A stretch of 64,000 nt of DNA from an archaeon (GTDB lineage: Archaea > Nanobdellota > Nanobdellia > Pacearchaeales > GW2011-AR1), in contig JBDRCQ010000009.1 in assembly GCA_043821585.1 (NCBI GenBank), positions 8,189 through 72,188 of the forward strand. Direction: 5' to 3'. The notes below the pieces were generated by a model, which was not told the origin of the DNA, did not search any database, and saw only the letters and a list, made by a program, of their open reading frames with translations. The translations under genes were made by a program, and so were the position numbers. Numbering within the stretch: position 1 is the stretch's first letter; each line of letters begins with the position of its first letter. Positions 45,964 to 56,156 of the stretch are shown here, one piece after another.

Positions 45964-48770
45964 GGAAGATTGGAATCTTTTGTATTATCAGCATTTTCTT
46001 AATGATTGGGTTAGTTGGGGCGGTTGACTTTGATGTTCATAATTCCTCATTTATCTATGAAGAATACTTGGATGGCGATGTGGTGGCAGGTTTGTTGAAT
46101 ATTAGTTTTGATGGGCAGGACAATCTTGATTTTACAAGTTCCTTGGGTTATAAGAAAGTCAAACTCCTTGACGTGCTTCATGGAATGAACTTAACTTCTC
46201 CAAGAGATTACTCCTGCGAGCCATTGAATTGTGAGAGCAGATACCAGGCGTACAGTGGGAGGGAGGATAAGCCCATCAGTATTGGTGAAGAAAAGGAACT
46301 CTATGGATTTAAGATAAAAGAGAACGAGCCTGTTGAAATAACTGGGAGAAATGACCTTACTTTTACGGTAGAGGTTAATGATCCTGTCGTTGATTGTGAG
46401 AACCAGTTGTTTATTGATATGTTTAATGATGGGACGATTGATTTTTATAACAATCAGCTTCGGGGGGACGATCCTGAAGAGGTCGGGGATTGCGGGTCAT
46501 TCTTTTATCCGGGTGGCGTGAACAGGCACAGGGGTTGCTTCGATCCTGATGATTCCTCATTGGATTTGGCACCATTAGGGGACAGACTTTATTGTGAATA
46601 TATGGAAGACATTCCTCCCTCTGCAGGTTATGAGATTGGGGGAGAAATCGAAGTTCTTAAGGCTGGTGGAAACCTTGAATTTTTGTTGTATCCGGCCGAC
46701 GGGGGATGCGATCCCTTGGCAAATTGGGGATTGGATAATGTTTCACAAAACGGATGGATTTCGCATTTTATACCCTATACCTCTCTAGAAGAATTCGATG
46801 CGTTAGTTTGTGTGTATACTACCTCTGGTTCGGATTATTTTGCAATTCAAACAAATGAGAGGGATGACAGTTGCGGTTTATCATTTGAACATTGTGATCG
46901 GGTTTCAAAAGAAGACTTCAGTGTAGACTTTAATTTGCATATAATCCCAAAAGGTTATGAACCAATTGGGCAGGTTGTTTTTGATAACGCGTTGTATGAA
47001 GACTTTACTGGGAGAGACTTGGGAGATGATCTTGATGAATACCTTAACATCACTTATGGGAGAAACTGTTCTGGGGAGGATGGGTGTGTTGTGCCTTTTT
47101 CAATCTGGGGCAGTAGGGCTTGGGAAGGTCAGAGCATTCATTCGGCTAGATTAGATTATCGAAGAGCTGGCCTTTTAGATTATGAAGAGACAATTTATGA
47201 ACTTCGAGAACAGCCAGCGAAGGTTACATCAGGCTATGTTGAAATAGATGTTGGAGATTTGGGCTTTAAGGTGCCTAGTGAAAATGGAAAGCATACATTT
47301 AAGCTCTCTCTGGGAGATGATGAGGTTATTAGAGACGTAATCGATGTGGATATTGGTTTCTCTTTTAGATTGACGCCCCGGTTTGCATTTATTGGAAGAG
47401 AAACTTTGTTTAACGCGAGGACTGAGGCAGAGGTGATCTCTTCTACGTGGGATTTTGGTGATGGATCTTCTTCGATGACGGTTCAAGGCCCCAGCGCTAA
47501 GCATACTTATGACAAGGCAGGAGAGTATAATTTGAAAGTTGTCTTGGTAAAGAAGGTCGGAAGCGGGACGAAGAACTCGACACGAAGATTTAAGGTTTTA
47601 GTGGGAGATGCTAGAGAATCTGCCGAGCTTGCTTTAAAAGATTTGGAGGCAAGAATTACGGCTCTTGAGGCAGATACGGTGAAGTATCCTGCGTGGATGC
47701 AGGACAGTGTGAAGGATGCCATTGGGATTAATGCTGTGAAAACAGTTGTTCAAGGTGCAAGGGCTGATTTCGATCTTTTAGAAGAAGATTCTCCAGATAG
47801 CAAGTATATCGAGATAGTTGATAGTCTTTTGACGATTGACCTGCCTTATTCAGTTTATACCAGTTCAACTGGTGCGCTTCCAGCTTTCATAAGTTATGAG
47901 AGTGTTGACGTTTCCCATATAGAAGAGATTGCGATTAGCCAGGTCGATAACGTGGAATTGTTTAAGGCAAATATGATTGCTTGGATGGATGAGCACTATG
48001 ATGTTACAGTTAGTTTTGATACAATAACTGCTAATGGTGAGGTCCAAGATGTTGATTTACTAAAGAAGTACAAAGTTTCAATTACTGAAAAGAAAAGCCC
48101 TGGGGGGGATAAAGCCTATCTTATCATAGGCTACCCTAAGAGCACTTTTGTTTTTTCAGGGACTGGGGGCAGCACATTCACTGAAACTAGTGTGAGTGGT
48201 GGAACCTTCGTTGAATTAACTGCTAACCCTATAAACAATGTCGAGTTTATGATACTTGGAAGTGATGCTCCCACTGTAGCAGACTTGGGAATCTATGTTT
48301 CTCCCGCCCCTAGGGTATTGGGGATTAGCAGCGATGCGCCTATCAAAGAATGCTGGCACATGAATTGTGATGATGAGGGCAACTTCCTTTGGAAGAGATT
48401 CATCATCGGAATGTCTATATTGCTCGTATTGTTCTTTGTTGTTTACATCTTATTGCAAACATGGTACAGAAGGAATTATGAAAAACACCTTTTCCCTAAT
48501 CCGAATGATTTGTACAATCTACTTAACTTCATTTACAACTCGAGGAGGAATGGTCTGAGAGACTCTGGGATCAAGAAGAGCCTTGGACAGAGAAAATGGA
48601 ACGGTGAGCAGATTAATTATGCGTTTAGAAAGCTTGAAGGCAAGAGAACAGGCATGTGGGAAATACCTTTGTTTAAGTTTGCTGAAAACAGGAAAGTTAG
48701 GAAAGAACTTCAGAAGAAACAAGGCGGCAGACCATTAGACACAAGATTTATTAAACAGCCAAATTTATAG
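45960..48770 (+). CDS. large membrane-anchored PKD-domain surface protein
   Basis: Signal peptide MRKIGIF; PKD motif TWDFGDGS...HTYDKAGEYNLKV; C-terminal TM and cytoplasmic domain. Confidence 0.82.
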   Translation: MRKIGIFCIISIFLMIGLVGAVDFDVHNSSFIYEEYLDGDVVAGLLNISFDGQDNLDFTSSLGYKKVKLLDVLHGMNLTSPRDYSCEPLNCESRYQAYSGREDKPISIGEEKELYGFKIKENEPVEITGRNDLTFTVEVNDPVVDCENQLFIDMFNDGTIDFYNNQLRGDDPEEVGDCGSFFYPGGVNRHRGCFDPDDSSLDLAPLGDRLYCEYMEDIPPSAGYEIGGEIEVLKAGGNLEFLLYPADGGCDPLANWGLDNVSQNGWISHFIPYTSLEEFDALVCVYTTSGSDYFAIQTNERDDSCGLSFEHCDRVSKEDFSVDFNLHIIPKGYEPIGQVVFDNALYEDFTGRDLGDDLDEYLNITYGRNCSGEDGCVVPFSIWGSRAWEGQSIHSARLDYRRAGLLDYEETIYELREQPAKVTSGYVEIDVGDLGFKVPSENGKHTFKLSLGDDEVIRDVIDVDIGFSFRLTPRFAFIGRETLFNARTEAEVISSTWDFGDGSSSMTVQGPSAKHTYDKAGEYNLKVVLVKKVGSGTKNSTRRFKVLVGDARESAELALKDLEARITALEADTVKYPAWMQDSVKDAIGINAVKTVVQGARADFDLLEEDSPDSKYIEIVDSLLTIDLPYSVYTSSTGALPAFISYESVDVSHIEEIAISQVDNVELFKANMIAWMDEHYDVTVSFDTITANGEVQDVDLLKKYKVSITEKKSPGGDKAYLIIGYPKSTFVFSGTGGSTFTETSVSGGTFVELTANPINNVEFMILGSDAPTVADLGIYVSPAPRVLGISSDAPIKECWHMNCDDEGNFLWKRFIIGMSILLVLFFVVYILLQTWYRRNYEKHLFPNPNDLYNLLNFIYNSRRNGLRDSGIKKSLGQRKWNGEQINYAFRKLEGKRTGMWEIPLFKFAENRKVRKELQKKQGGRPLDTRFIKQPNL

Positions 48771-48775
48771 ATAAT

Positions 48776-49414
48776 ATGTTTAAAATATTGAAAAAATTTT
48801 CGGCTAGAATTTTTGGGGGGCTTTTCAAAAAGAGAGAGAGTCTTAAAATTGGTTTTTATGGGCCTCCGAATGCAGGTAAAACCTCTTTAGCCAACCGGAT
48901 TTGCAAGGACTGGACAGGAGAAGAGATTGGAACTGTTAGTGGAGTTCCTCACGAAACTAGAAACGTCCAGATCAAGGAGAAAGTTGAAATAAAATACAAG
49001 GGAAAATCTATGACTTTTAAGTTGGTGGATACTCCTGGCATAGCTACAAAGATTGATTACGAGCATTTTTTGAAGTTTGGTTTAAAGAAAAAGACTGCTA
49101 AGAAAAGGGCGAAAGAGGCTACTCAAGGGATTATAGAAGCAATTCAGTGGTTGGACGATATGAATGCTGTAATCGTTGTTTTAGACGCTTCACAGAACCC
49201 TTATTCCCAGGTAAACATTACTATAATCGGGAATTTAGTTGCTAGAAAAATACCGGTTTTGGTTGTTGCGAACAAAATGGATTTGAAAAAGGCAGATGTT
49301 AAGAAAGTTGAAAATGCATTTCCAGAGTATGACGTGGTCGGCATTTCGGCAAGAGAAGGGAAAAATATGGACGAGTTTTATGAGTCCCTTTTTAAACTTT
49401 CAAAGAAATTGTAA
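48776..49414 (+). CDS. oapA: Era-like GTP-binding protein OapA
   Basis: GPPNAGKTSLANRI, PHETR, DTPG, RAKEATQG, NKMD; followed by DUF2073 and Zn-ribbon genes. Confidence 0.88.
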   Translation: MFKILKKFSARIFGGLFKKRESLKIGFYGPPNAGKTSLANRICKDWTGEEIGTVSGVPHETRNVQIKEKVEIKYKGKSMTFKLVDTPGIATKIDYEHFLKFGLKKKTAKKRAKEATQGIIEAIQWLDDMNAVIVVLDASQNPYSQVNITIIGNLVARKIPVLVVANKMDLKKADVKKVENAFPEYDVVGISAREGKNMDEFYESLFKLSKKL

Positions 49415-49816
49415 ATGGTAGAAAAAAATAGCATAGGAAAAATGAAGGGGTTGAGCCTCCATGTTCTTCCGTTTTCGGAGGTTCAAGCGATGAGCATTTC
49501 TCAGAGGGTCAAGAAAATACTAAGCCTTGTTCTGGGTAATAAGATAGTCATATTGCACGGAAGATTAAGGCCGGAGGAAGAGGCAAGGTTAATTGAGGAT
49601 ACAATGGCAATGGTTGGTCACGTTAAGAACTTCAAGGGAATTGAACTTGCGGTTATTGAACCTAACCTGAAAAGTGAGGGTTTTGTGACTAAGCTGAAAT
49701 ATAATGTCGCTAAAAGACTTGTTGGTGATAATTCCGCCTTGACGGTTATCGGACCTGCAACTGTTGTCAAGGAGATAAAAAGGGATCCAAAAAGATTAGA
49801 AGTAATGTTGGGTTAG
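49415..49816 (+). CDS. oapB: DUF2073-family protein OapB
   Basis: L.PEEEARLIEDTM, FKGIELA, LTVIGPA; operon position. Confidence 0.82.
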   Translation: MVEKNSIGKMKGLSLHVLPFSEVQAMSISQRVKKILSLVLGNKIVILHGRLRPEEEARLIEDTMAMVGHVKNFKGIELAVIEPNLKSEGFVTKLKYNVAKRLVGDNSALTVIGPATVVKEIKRDPKRLEVMLG

Positions 49817-49885
49817 TCTCTTAACCGAATAACTATCTCTTTCTGTGAGACAAATATTTATTAATGCCAGGAAGTTTTGAATTGC

Positions 49886-50272
49886 ATGCCTTACAAATGT
49901 GTTCATTGTTCTAAACTGTTTGGAGACGCTTCTGAGCAGGTGCTGAAGGGTTGTGATAGTTGTGGTAGGAAATTTTTCTTTTATATTCGGAAAGATCAAT
50001 TGGCAAAGATTAAAGAGCAGAAAGAAGAAGAAGTTGAGTTTTTTGGGGAAGATAAGAAACAAATCGAGAAAGATGTTCGAGAGATATCTGGATTCCAAGA
50101 TGAAGACACGCCTGTTTTCTTGGACTTCGAGAGCGTTAAAGTTGTTCGACCTGGAAAATATGCCGTGGATTTAGGAAATCTTTTTGCCACAGATAAACCT
50201 AGAGTTTACAAACTTGAGGATGGCAAATACATAATAGATTTATCTATGAAACTAAGAAAAGAACAAGCTTAA
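49886..50272 (+). CDS. oapC: Zn-ribbon protein DUF2072 / OapC
   Basis: MPYKCVHC...LKGCDSCGRKFF, ESVKVVRPGKY, DGKYIIDL. Confidence 0.85.
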   Translation: MPYKCVHCSKLFGDASEQVLKGCDSCGRKFFFYIRKDQLAKIKEQKEEEVEFFGEDKKQIEKDVREISGFQDEDTPVFLDFESVKVVRPGKYAVDLGNLFATDKPRVYKLEDGKYIIDLSMKLRKEQA

Positions 50273-50296
50273 AAGTTGTAAATTCCTTCTAGATTA

Positions 50297-51553
50297 ATGA
50301 AACTAAACAAATTTGACTTTTCGGTTGGTGAGGAAGAACTCAGAGAATTTAAAAAAGAGATTAAAGAGTTTATGGAAGTCTTAAAGCAGCGGGCGGGAGC
50401 AGAGGTTTTTCTGGGGGGGAGTTTTGCTAAAGGAACTGTCGCGAAGTCTGAGGAGTATGACGCGGACATATTTGTTAGGTTTGATTGGAAATATGATAAT
50501 CTCTCGGGTAGGCTCGAAAAGATATTGAAACCTATTGCGAAAGCTGGAAAGTTTAATATGAAAAGGATGCATGGAAGCAGAGATTATTTTAAAATTTGGA
50601 AAGATAAAAAGTTGACTTTTGAAATTATCCCAGTTACTAAAATAAAAAACGTGAAAATGGCGCGGAACGTTACTGATTTGAGTTATTTCCATGTTAATTA
50701 TGTTAAAAAGCATTTGGATAAAGGTGCTGCAAAAGAGTTGGCTCTGGCAAAGAAGTTCTTTAAGGCGAATGGGATTTATGGGGCTGAATCTTATATTCAT
50801 GGGTTTTCTGGCTATGGTCTAGAATGTTTAATAATCCATTACAAAAGTTTTGTGAAAATGTTGAAGGAACTTGTGAAGGTTAAAGGAGACGAAAGGGTTG
50901 TTATAGACCTTAAGAAGTATTACAAGAAAAAGAATGATGTTTTTTTTGAGTTGAATGAGAGCAAGTTGCATAGCCCAATCATTTTGATAGATCCTACGTG
51001 GAAGGAAAGAAATGTTCTTGCTTCATTGAACAGAGAGACCTTTGAGAAGTTTCAAGAGGTGGCTAGAAGTTTCTTAAAGAAACGTTCTGAGAGCTATTTT
51101 CATAAAGCTGAATTTGATGAATCCCCTCTAAGGAAGAAAGCTAGAAGGGGAGAGTTTTTGCATTTGGTTATTGGAACTAGCAGGCAGGAGGGGGATATTG
51201 CTGGAACTAAGATGAAGAAATTTTCTGGTTTGTTGGAGAGAGTTTTTGAGAGATATTTCACTATTGTTGCTAGGGAGTTTTTCTATCCAGGTGAAGGGAA
51301 CAAATCAGATTTCTATTTGGTACTGAAATCAAAAAAAGAAGTTTTGAAGGTTGGACCTCCACTTGACAAAAAGAAAGATGTTGAGAGATTTAAGAAAGCT
51401 AATAAAAGATCCGTTAAGAAGAATGGAGCAATTTGCGCTAAAGTTAAAGTTGATTTTTTTGGGAAAGAATTTATTCGGCAGTGGGCAAAAAGTAAGGATG
51501 GGCGGCTGAAACTGGAAGGGATGAGCATCTGTCAATTGAAGGTTCTGGATTAG
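50297..51553 (+). CDS. cca: class I CCA-adding enzyme (tRNA nucleotidyltransferase)
   Basis: GGSFAKGT, DADIF, GIYGAESYIHGFSGY, IDPT..RNV. Confidence 0.9.
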   Translation: MKLNKFDFSVGEEELREFKKEIKEFMEVLKQRAGAEVFLGGSFAKGTVAKSEEYDADIFVRFDWKYDNLSGRLEKILKPIAKAGKFNMKRMHGSRDYFKIWKDKKLTFEIIPVTKIKNVKMARNVTDLSYFHVNYVKKHLDKGAAKELALAKKFFKANGIYGAESYIHGFSGYGLECLIIHYKSFVKMLKELVKVKGDERVVIDLKKYYKKKNDVFFELNESKLHSPIILIDPTWKERNVLASLNRETFEKFQEVARSFLKKRSESYFHKAEFDESPLRKKARRGEFLHLVIGTSRQEGDIAGTKMKKFSGLLERVFERYFTIVAREFFYPGEGNKSDFYLVLKSKKEVLKVGPPLDKKKDVERFKKANKRSVKKNGAICAKVKVDFFGKEFIRQWAKSKDGRLKLEGMSICQLKVLD

Positions 51554-52016
51554 GTTGGTCGTACCTTCTCCTTTGACCTGCTAAACCAAGAGTGGTTAAC
51601 GCTGCTCCTGCCGCAAGAAAGACTAAACCGTTGTTTGCGTTTGTGTTTGCCTGATCAGCAGCTATTAGTTCTGCCGGAACTCCTTGATTTGCCGTGAGTG
51701 CCCCGTACCGATCTTGCATTTCATCAAGTTTTCTCCCTGCAAATGCTTTAACTTGTGACCAGGACATCCCCTCGCCTGAAGAGTAGCGGGTTGCGGGTTT
51801 GTCTGCCATGAAGTGGGCGATTGTACTCTCTCCGAATATGGCGTGAGAAATTCCCATAGGATCTGCTTTTATGTCAATGATTTTTTGTCCGAGATGGTAT
51901 GCTTGCCTTGCTTCGTCAGATAATTCATCCCAAGTTAGTCCTGCACTATCTATTCTTCCAGCCCCGATAAGCGCTGCAATAACTCCTGCGGTTGCCATTG
52001 GCCCGTTCATATTCAT
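51471..52016 (-). CDS. hypothetical membrane-associated protein
   Basis: Hydrophobic N- and C-terminal segments; ATGA overlap with the TrmB stop. Confidence 0.5.
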   Translation of the reverse strand: MNMNGPMATAGVIAALIGAGRIDSAGLTWDELSDEARQAYHLGQKIIDIKADPMGISHAIFGESTIAHFMADKPATRYSSGEGMSWSQVKAFAGRKLDEMQDRYGALTANQGVPAELIAADQANTNANNGLVFLAAGAALTTLGLAGQRRRYDQPNPEPSIDRCSSLPVSAAHPYFLPTAE

Positions 52017-52795
52017 TTCCTCTTCTTTGAACCAGCTTCAATGATGTTAGAAAGGGATTGTACGAAAAATGGCGAGTTTAACCAAACCCCTATATCTTCG
52101 TCTGATTTCTCGGATGTGATCATGAACAAAACTTCAGACTTATCTGAAATGTACAACCTTGCCTCAGACTCATTTACTGTTGGTTTAAGATTAGTTTTAG
52201 CTGCTATCTTTTTAATTTTTTCTATGGGGCCTGCTAGAGACAAGTTCACTTTGACATTATTAGTTATCGCTTGTTCTAATGCTGGAAGTAAAACTCTTGA
52301 CTTGTCTTCAAAATCGTAAACTGATGTGGAAATCAAAATTTCCTTTTTTGCGTTTTGGACTAGTTCCCTAAGTCTTGATACTATATTTGACCTTCCTCTT
52401 AATGAGCCAGTTATTTCGTGCGTTTTTATTGGAGCAATTCCAGACTGGTGCAATTTTTCTAGTTCCTCATATTCTGTTGTGTCTTTTAGTGTGGAAAGAT
52501 TCTTTACTTTTTCCTGAGCTTCTTGGATTGTGTTCGATTTAATCTTTTCAAGAACTTCTGTTGGTTTTACTGCGATATATTTTACAGGCTTTCCGATCTT
52601 CACGATGGCGAATCCTCTCTTTTCTAAGGACTCCAAAACATCATACGTTCTAGATCTTGGAACGCTTGAGATTGTAGCGATTTCGCCTGCGGACGCAATG
52701 CCTTTTGAGAGGAGTGCGATCCATACTTTAGTTTCATAAATATTCAGGTTGAAGTATTCCTTTATTCTCTTCACTAATTCCTGCTTTATCATCAT
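52013..52795 (-). CDS. TrmB-family transcriptional regulator
   Basis: LNIYETKVW, SVPRSRTYDVLESLEKRGF, GKPVKY wHTH plus effector domain. Confidence 0.92.
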   Translation of the reverse strand: MMIKQELVKRIKEYFNLNIYETKVWIALLSKGIASAGEIATISSVPRSRTYDVLESLEKRGFAIVKIGKPVKYIAVKPTEVLEKIKSNTIQEAQEKVKNLSTLKDTTEYEELEKLHQSGIAPIKTHEITGSLRGRSNIVSRLRELVQNAKKEILISTSVYDFEDKSRVLLPALEQAITNNVKVNLSLAGPIEKIKKIAAKTNLKPTVNESEARLYISDKSEVLFMITSEKSDEDIGVWLNSPFFVQSLSNIIEAGSKKRK

Positions 52796-52897
52796 GAAGG
52801 GACAACAAACGACTCATTTATAAACCTTTTGGTTATGTTGTAACTTAGCAATGACAAACAGCAAAAGTTTAAAAGTGAGAGGGCTTGAAATAAGAGT

Positions 52898-53305
52898 ATG
52901 AGTGATCCTATGGGCTTTAGGCCCAATAATGTAGCAGAAGTGACTGGAGTAAGGGGAGAATTGCAGGAGAGGGGAGGTTGGAAGTTTCTGAGGGTAGATG
53001 GGGTTGGAGAATATGTAGAACCATTCCCTGGAGAAATAGGCAACTGGGTTCGGATGGATGGAAGTGCTAGACGATTAGGGAGATATCATGGAACGAATCA
53101 ACACGGGTATGGTGTTTTTATGCCCTCTCTTTACACAGATGACTCTCCGATTTTAGGGCTTGATGGAGAACCTCTTTTGACATATCGTTTTGTTGATCAT
53201 CGGCCTATTTATATATCTCACTCTCAAATGGGGATGGTAGGTCCGCCTTGTGATGATGTAGCAGAGGATGCAATCAGAAGGATATATGGTGAAGAAGGCC
53301 TTTAA
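52898..53305 (+). CDS. hypothetical protein
   Basis: 135-aa ORF with TTTAAAA box ~25 nt upstream. Confidence 0.55.
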   Translation: MSDPMGFRPNNVAEVTGVRGELQERGGWKFLRVDGVGEYVEPFPGEIGNWVRMDGSARRLGRYHGTNQHGYGVFMPSLYTDDSPILGLDGEPLLTYRFVDHRPIYISHSQMGMVGPPCDDVAEDAIRRIYGEEGL

Positions 53306-54220
53306 CTAGAAAATCAGCCTAGCCAAACCGAGAGCTATGAAGCAGCCAGTGGTTATGAAGGGCATCGCCGGGTAGAACTTGCCTTTTTCTGATAAATAAA
53401 ACAATAAAGCGAGTGCGATTGTTGCGCCTACTGAAACCATTAGGGCAGATATTAAACCTATTTGAATAAGGGTTATTCCTGCGAGAATTATTGGAAAGAC
53501 CACATCGCCTCCGCCAAGAATCGCAACGCCCACGTTAACTTTTTTTGGAGATTTGTTTTTGGATTTTGTTTTTGCGGATTTTGCAATAATTCTCTTTTCT
53601 TTCTTTCCTATGTATGGAACAAAAAATCCGGTGAAAACCTTTAATGTTTGTATTTGGTATTTTGCCATTTTTTGCATAAAGCCTGCGTGCCAAACGGCAT
53701 ACATGTCATAAATAGAAATCAAAATGAGTATAATGATTATTGCGACAAATGGCGAGCTAGTCCACGAAGTGAGCATCACCACAAAAATTGCAGCGATGCC
53801 AGGATAGACAAATAATTCGGTGATGTTGTGAACTATTAAATTTCTCTTGAATATTTTGTAGAAGGCTAAAGGGAGTGCGATGGCCATTGCGATTACAGAG
53901 GCGTAAGGAATTTTGAAAAGTACTGAATTGAGACTTATTCCGATTGCCAATGCCACAACTACAAAGAACCAAATCCTAAGAAATGTTTCCGCGTTGTATT
54001 TTGTCAAGATTAACATGAGAATCACAACAAAAGCAAAGGCAATGGCAAAACTAATGACGAGATCTAATGCGGATTGAGGTTCTACATCTTCCGGAGGTTC
54101 CATGCCGTAAGGCAATGTTTGATCTTGTGGGCTGTACTGATTTACTACAAATAGCCCAAGAAACTGGGTAACGAAGAACATCGCCAAAAGGAGCAAGGTA
54201 ATTGACCAAGTATGTTTCAT
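53306..54220 (-). CDS. presenilin/signal-peptide-peptidase-like intramembrane aspartyl protease (A22)
   Basis: IYDMYAV (YD), ILGGGDVVFP (GxGD), YPAMPF (PAL-like); about 9 TMs. Confidence 0.88.
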   Translation of the reverse strand: MKHTWSITLLLLAMFFVTQFLGLFVVNQYSPQDQTLPYGMEPPEDVEPQSALDLVISFAIAFAFVVILMLILTKYNAETFLRIWFFVVVALAIGISLNSVLFKIPYASVIAMAIALPLAFYKIFKRNLIVHNITELFVYPGIAAIFVVMLTSWTSSPFVAIIIILILISIYDMYAVWHAGFMQKMAKYQIQTLKVFTGFFVPYIGKKEKRIIAKSAKTKSKNKSPKKVNVGVAILGGGDVVFPIILAGITLIQIGLISALMVSVGATIALALLFYLSEKGKFYPAMPFITTGCFIALGLARLIF

Positions 54221-54254
54221 ATTTCTTTCAGTTTAAAGCGGTTTTTAATTGTTT

Positions 54255-56147
54255 TTACCTTAACCTTATGGTTTCTAGGTTTTTTGGAACTGTCGTTTCT
54301 ATTTTGTTAGACCTATAAAGAGTTGATGCTAAATCTAAAGACTTGGAGATTTCCCCGTGATTGATGATTATCTTTTTGGGGCGAGGATTCATCCTACTTA
54401 TGAATTGGAGCAACTCATTTCTACTGGAGTGTGGTGAGAGACCATACATTGTTTCCACCCGAAGGTTTACCTTTAATATATCGTTTCCGTAGTCCTTTCC
54501 AAGGTTTACTTCTTTGGCTCCTTCTTTTACTTCTTTTCCAAGAGACCCTGCTGCTTGATAACATCCGAATATGATAACGTTATTTGAGTTTTCTGCGAGA
54601 TTTCTAAAGTATTCCACGGAAGCGCCCCCGTTTAACATTCCAGAAGTTGCAATTATTATGCAAGATCCTCCCTCTATTACCTCTTTTCTTTCTGTTGCGG
54701 ATCCTACTCTCTTGAATATGTTTGATAGGAAAGGATTGTTATCTTGAAAGACTTGATTTCTCACGTTTGCTGAAAGAAAGTCTGGATAGGCCGTGTGAAT
54801 TGCGTTTACGTCCCAGATCATCCCATCAACATAGACGGGGATTTGGGGTAGTTTGCCTGTTCGGATTGCTTCTTCGACCCTTAACATTGTTTCTTGTGCG
54901 TGGCCGAGGCCTAGCTCTGGTAGAAGAACCTTTCCGCCTTTCTTTATTGTTTCCCTTATAATGTCAAGAAATCTTTCTTCTACCTCTCTAGCAGGAGGAA
55001 GGACATCATTTTTGCTCCCGTAAGTAGACTCTAATTGTAGCGTTTCCACTCTAGGATATCTGTTAGTTGCTGCATCGAGCAAACGCGATCTGGCGTACTT
55101 GGTGTCGCCAGTATAAACAAAATTGTGCAAACCGTTTCCAATGTTAAGGTGAACTTGAGAGGATCCAAGAACATGGCCTGCGTTGTAAAGGGTGATCCTA
55201 ATGTCTTGGGTTATATCTGTGACTTCTCCATAATCCAAACAAATGGAATGTCGCACCATTTCTTTAATGTCTTCTGCTTTGTATAATGGAAATTCTGCCT
55301 TTTTGTAAGCCACCCCAATGAGATCGAGTTGGAGAAGTGCTGCGATATCTCTTGTTGGAGCAGTCATGTAGCAAGGGCCTTTGTAGCCCATTTTGTAAAG
55401 GTAGGGCATTAGGCCTGAATGGTCAAGATGTGCGTGCGAGAGAACTACTGCGTCGATCGTGTTTATATCTCCAATTTCAGATACGTCCAAGTAGGGATAT
55501 TTATCCGGCCCTTCTGAAATTGCAGGGTTTATGCCGCAATCAAGTATGACTTTTGAATTTGGAGTATGTACGAGAAAGCAAGACCTGCCCACTTGTGCTC
55601 CACTCCCTAGAATGGAAAGTCGGACCCACATCTCTTTCTTTTCAGGGTTCCAGTCATTGTAAATTTTTTTTCCAACGTCGTGTAAGAATTTTCTTCTGTA
55701 TGTATTGTTGGCATAAAGGACTGAGCGGATTTTGTCTGTTATTTTTGATGTGATCGCGGGAGATCTTTGGACGATTGGCAGCCAAAACGTGGACCTCTTG
55801 ATATCGTTTAGTATGGATCCTTGTTTACCTATTACTAAGCCTGGTTTTTTTGCTTCAATTACCACGACGCTTCTTTGAACATCAAATATTATGTTAACTA
55901 TATCTGCATCTTCTTGGACGAGAGCGCGAATAGTTTTTTCTGTTTCTTATTCGCTAGCCAAGATCTTTTTATCTGCGCGAAGCTCCACCCTCTTTTTTAT
56001 TTTAGAAACTACTTCTTTTATTTTATCATCGCCTGTCTTAAAAAATTCCTTATCCTCTGTGTAGAGCACTATGTTTGCCCCTTCAAAATTCGCATCGCTA
56101 ATCTTGCTGGGTAATTCTTCTTTAATTGTCTTCAAGATGTCTGCCAT
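54255..56147 (-). CDS. fttA: beta-CASP ribonuclease aCPSF1/FttA (KH + MBL), interrupted by one in-frame TAA at 55947-55949
   Basis: FEGANIVLYT, KPGLVIGK, SHAHLDHSG, AGHVLGS, ESTYG, TSGMLNGG, NHGE; the two ORFs are in the same frame. Confidence 0.9.
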
Positions 56148-56156
56148 TTTATTGGT

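Noticed and set aside
53306-54220. Presenilin-like protease acting as the prepilin peptidase for the pilins
   Set aside because: It has A22-type YD/GxGD/PAL motifs rather than the A24 FlaK/PibD pattern; nothing in the sequence links it to pilin processing
55947-55949. Genome-wide stop-codon reassignment (TAA read as sense)
   Set aside because: Many conserved genes in the window end properly at TAA (e.g. psmA, secY, trxB), and only one internal TAA was seen
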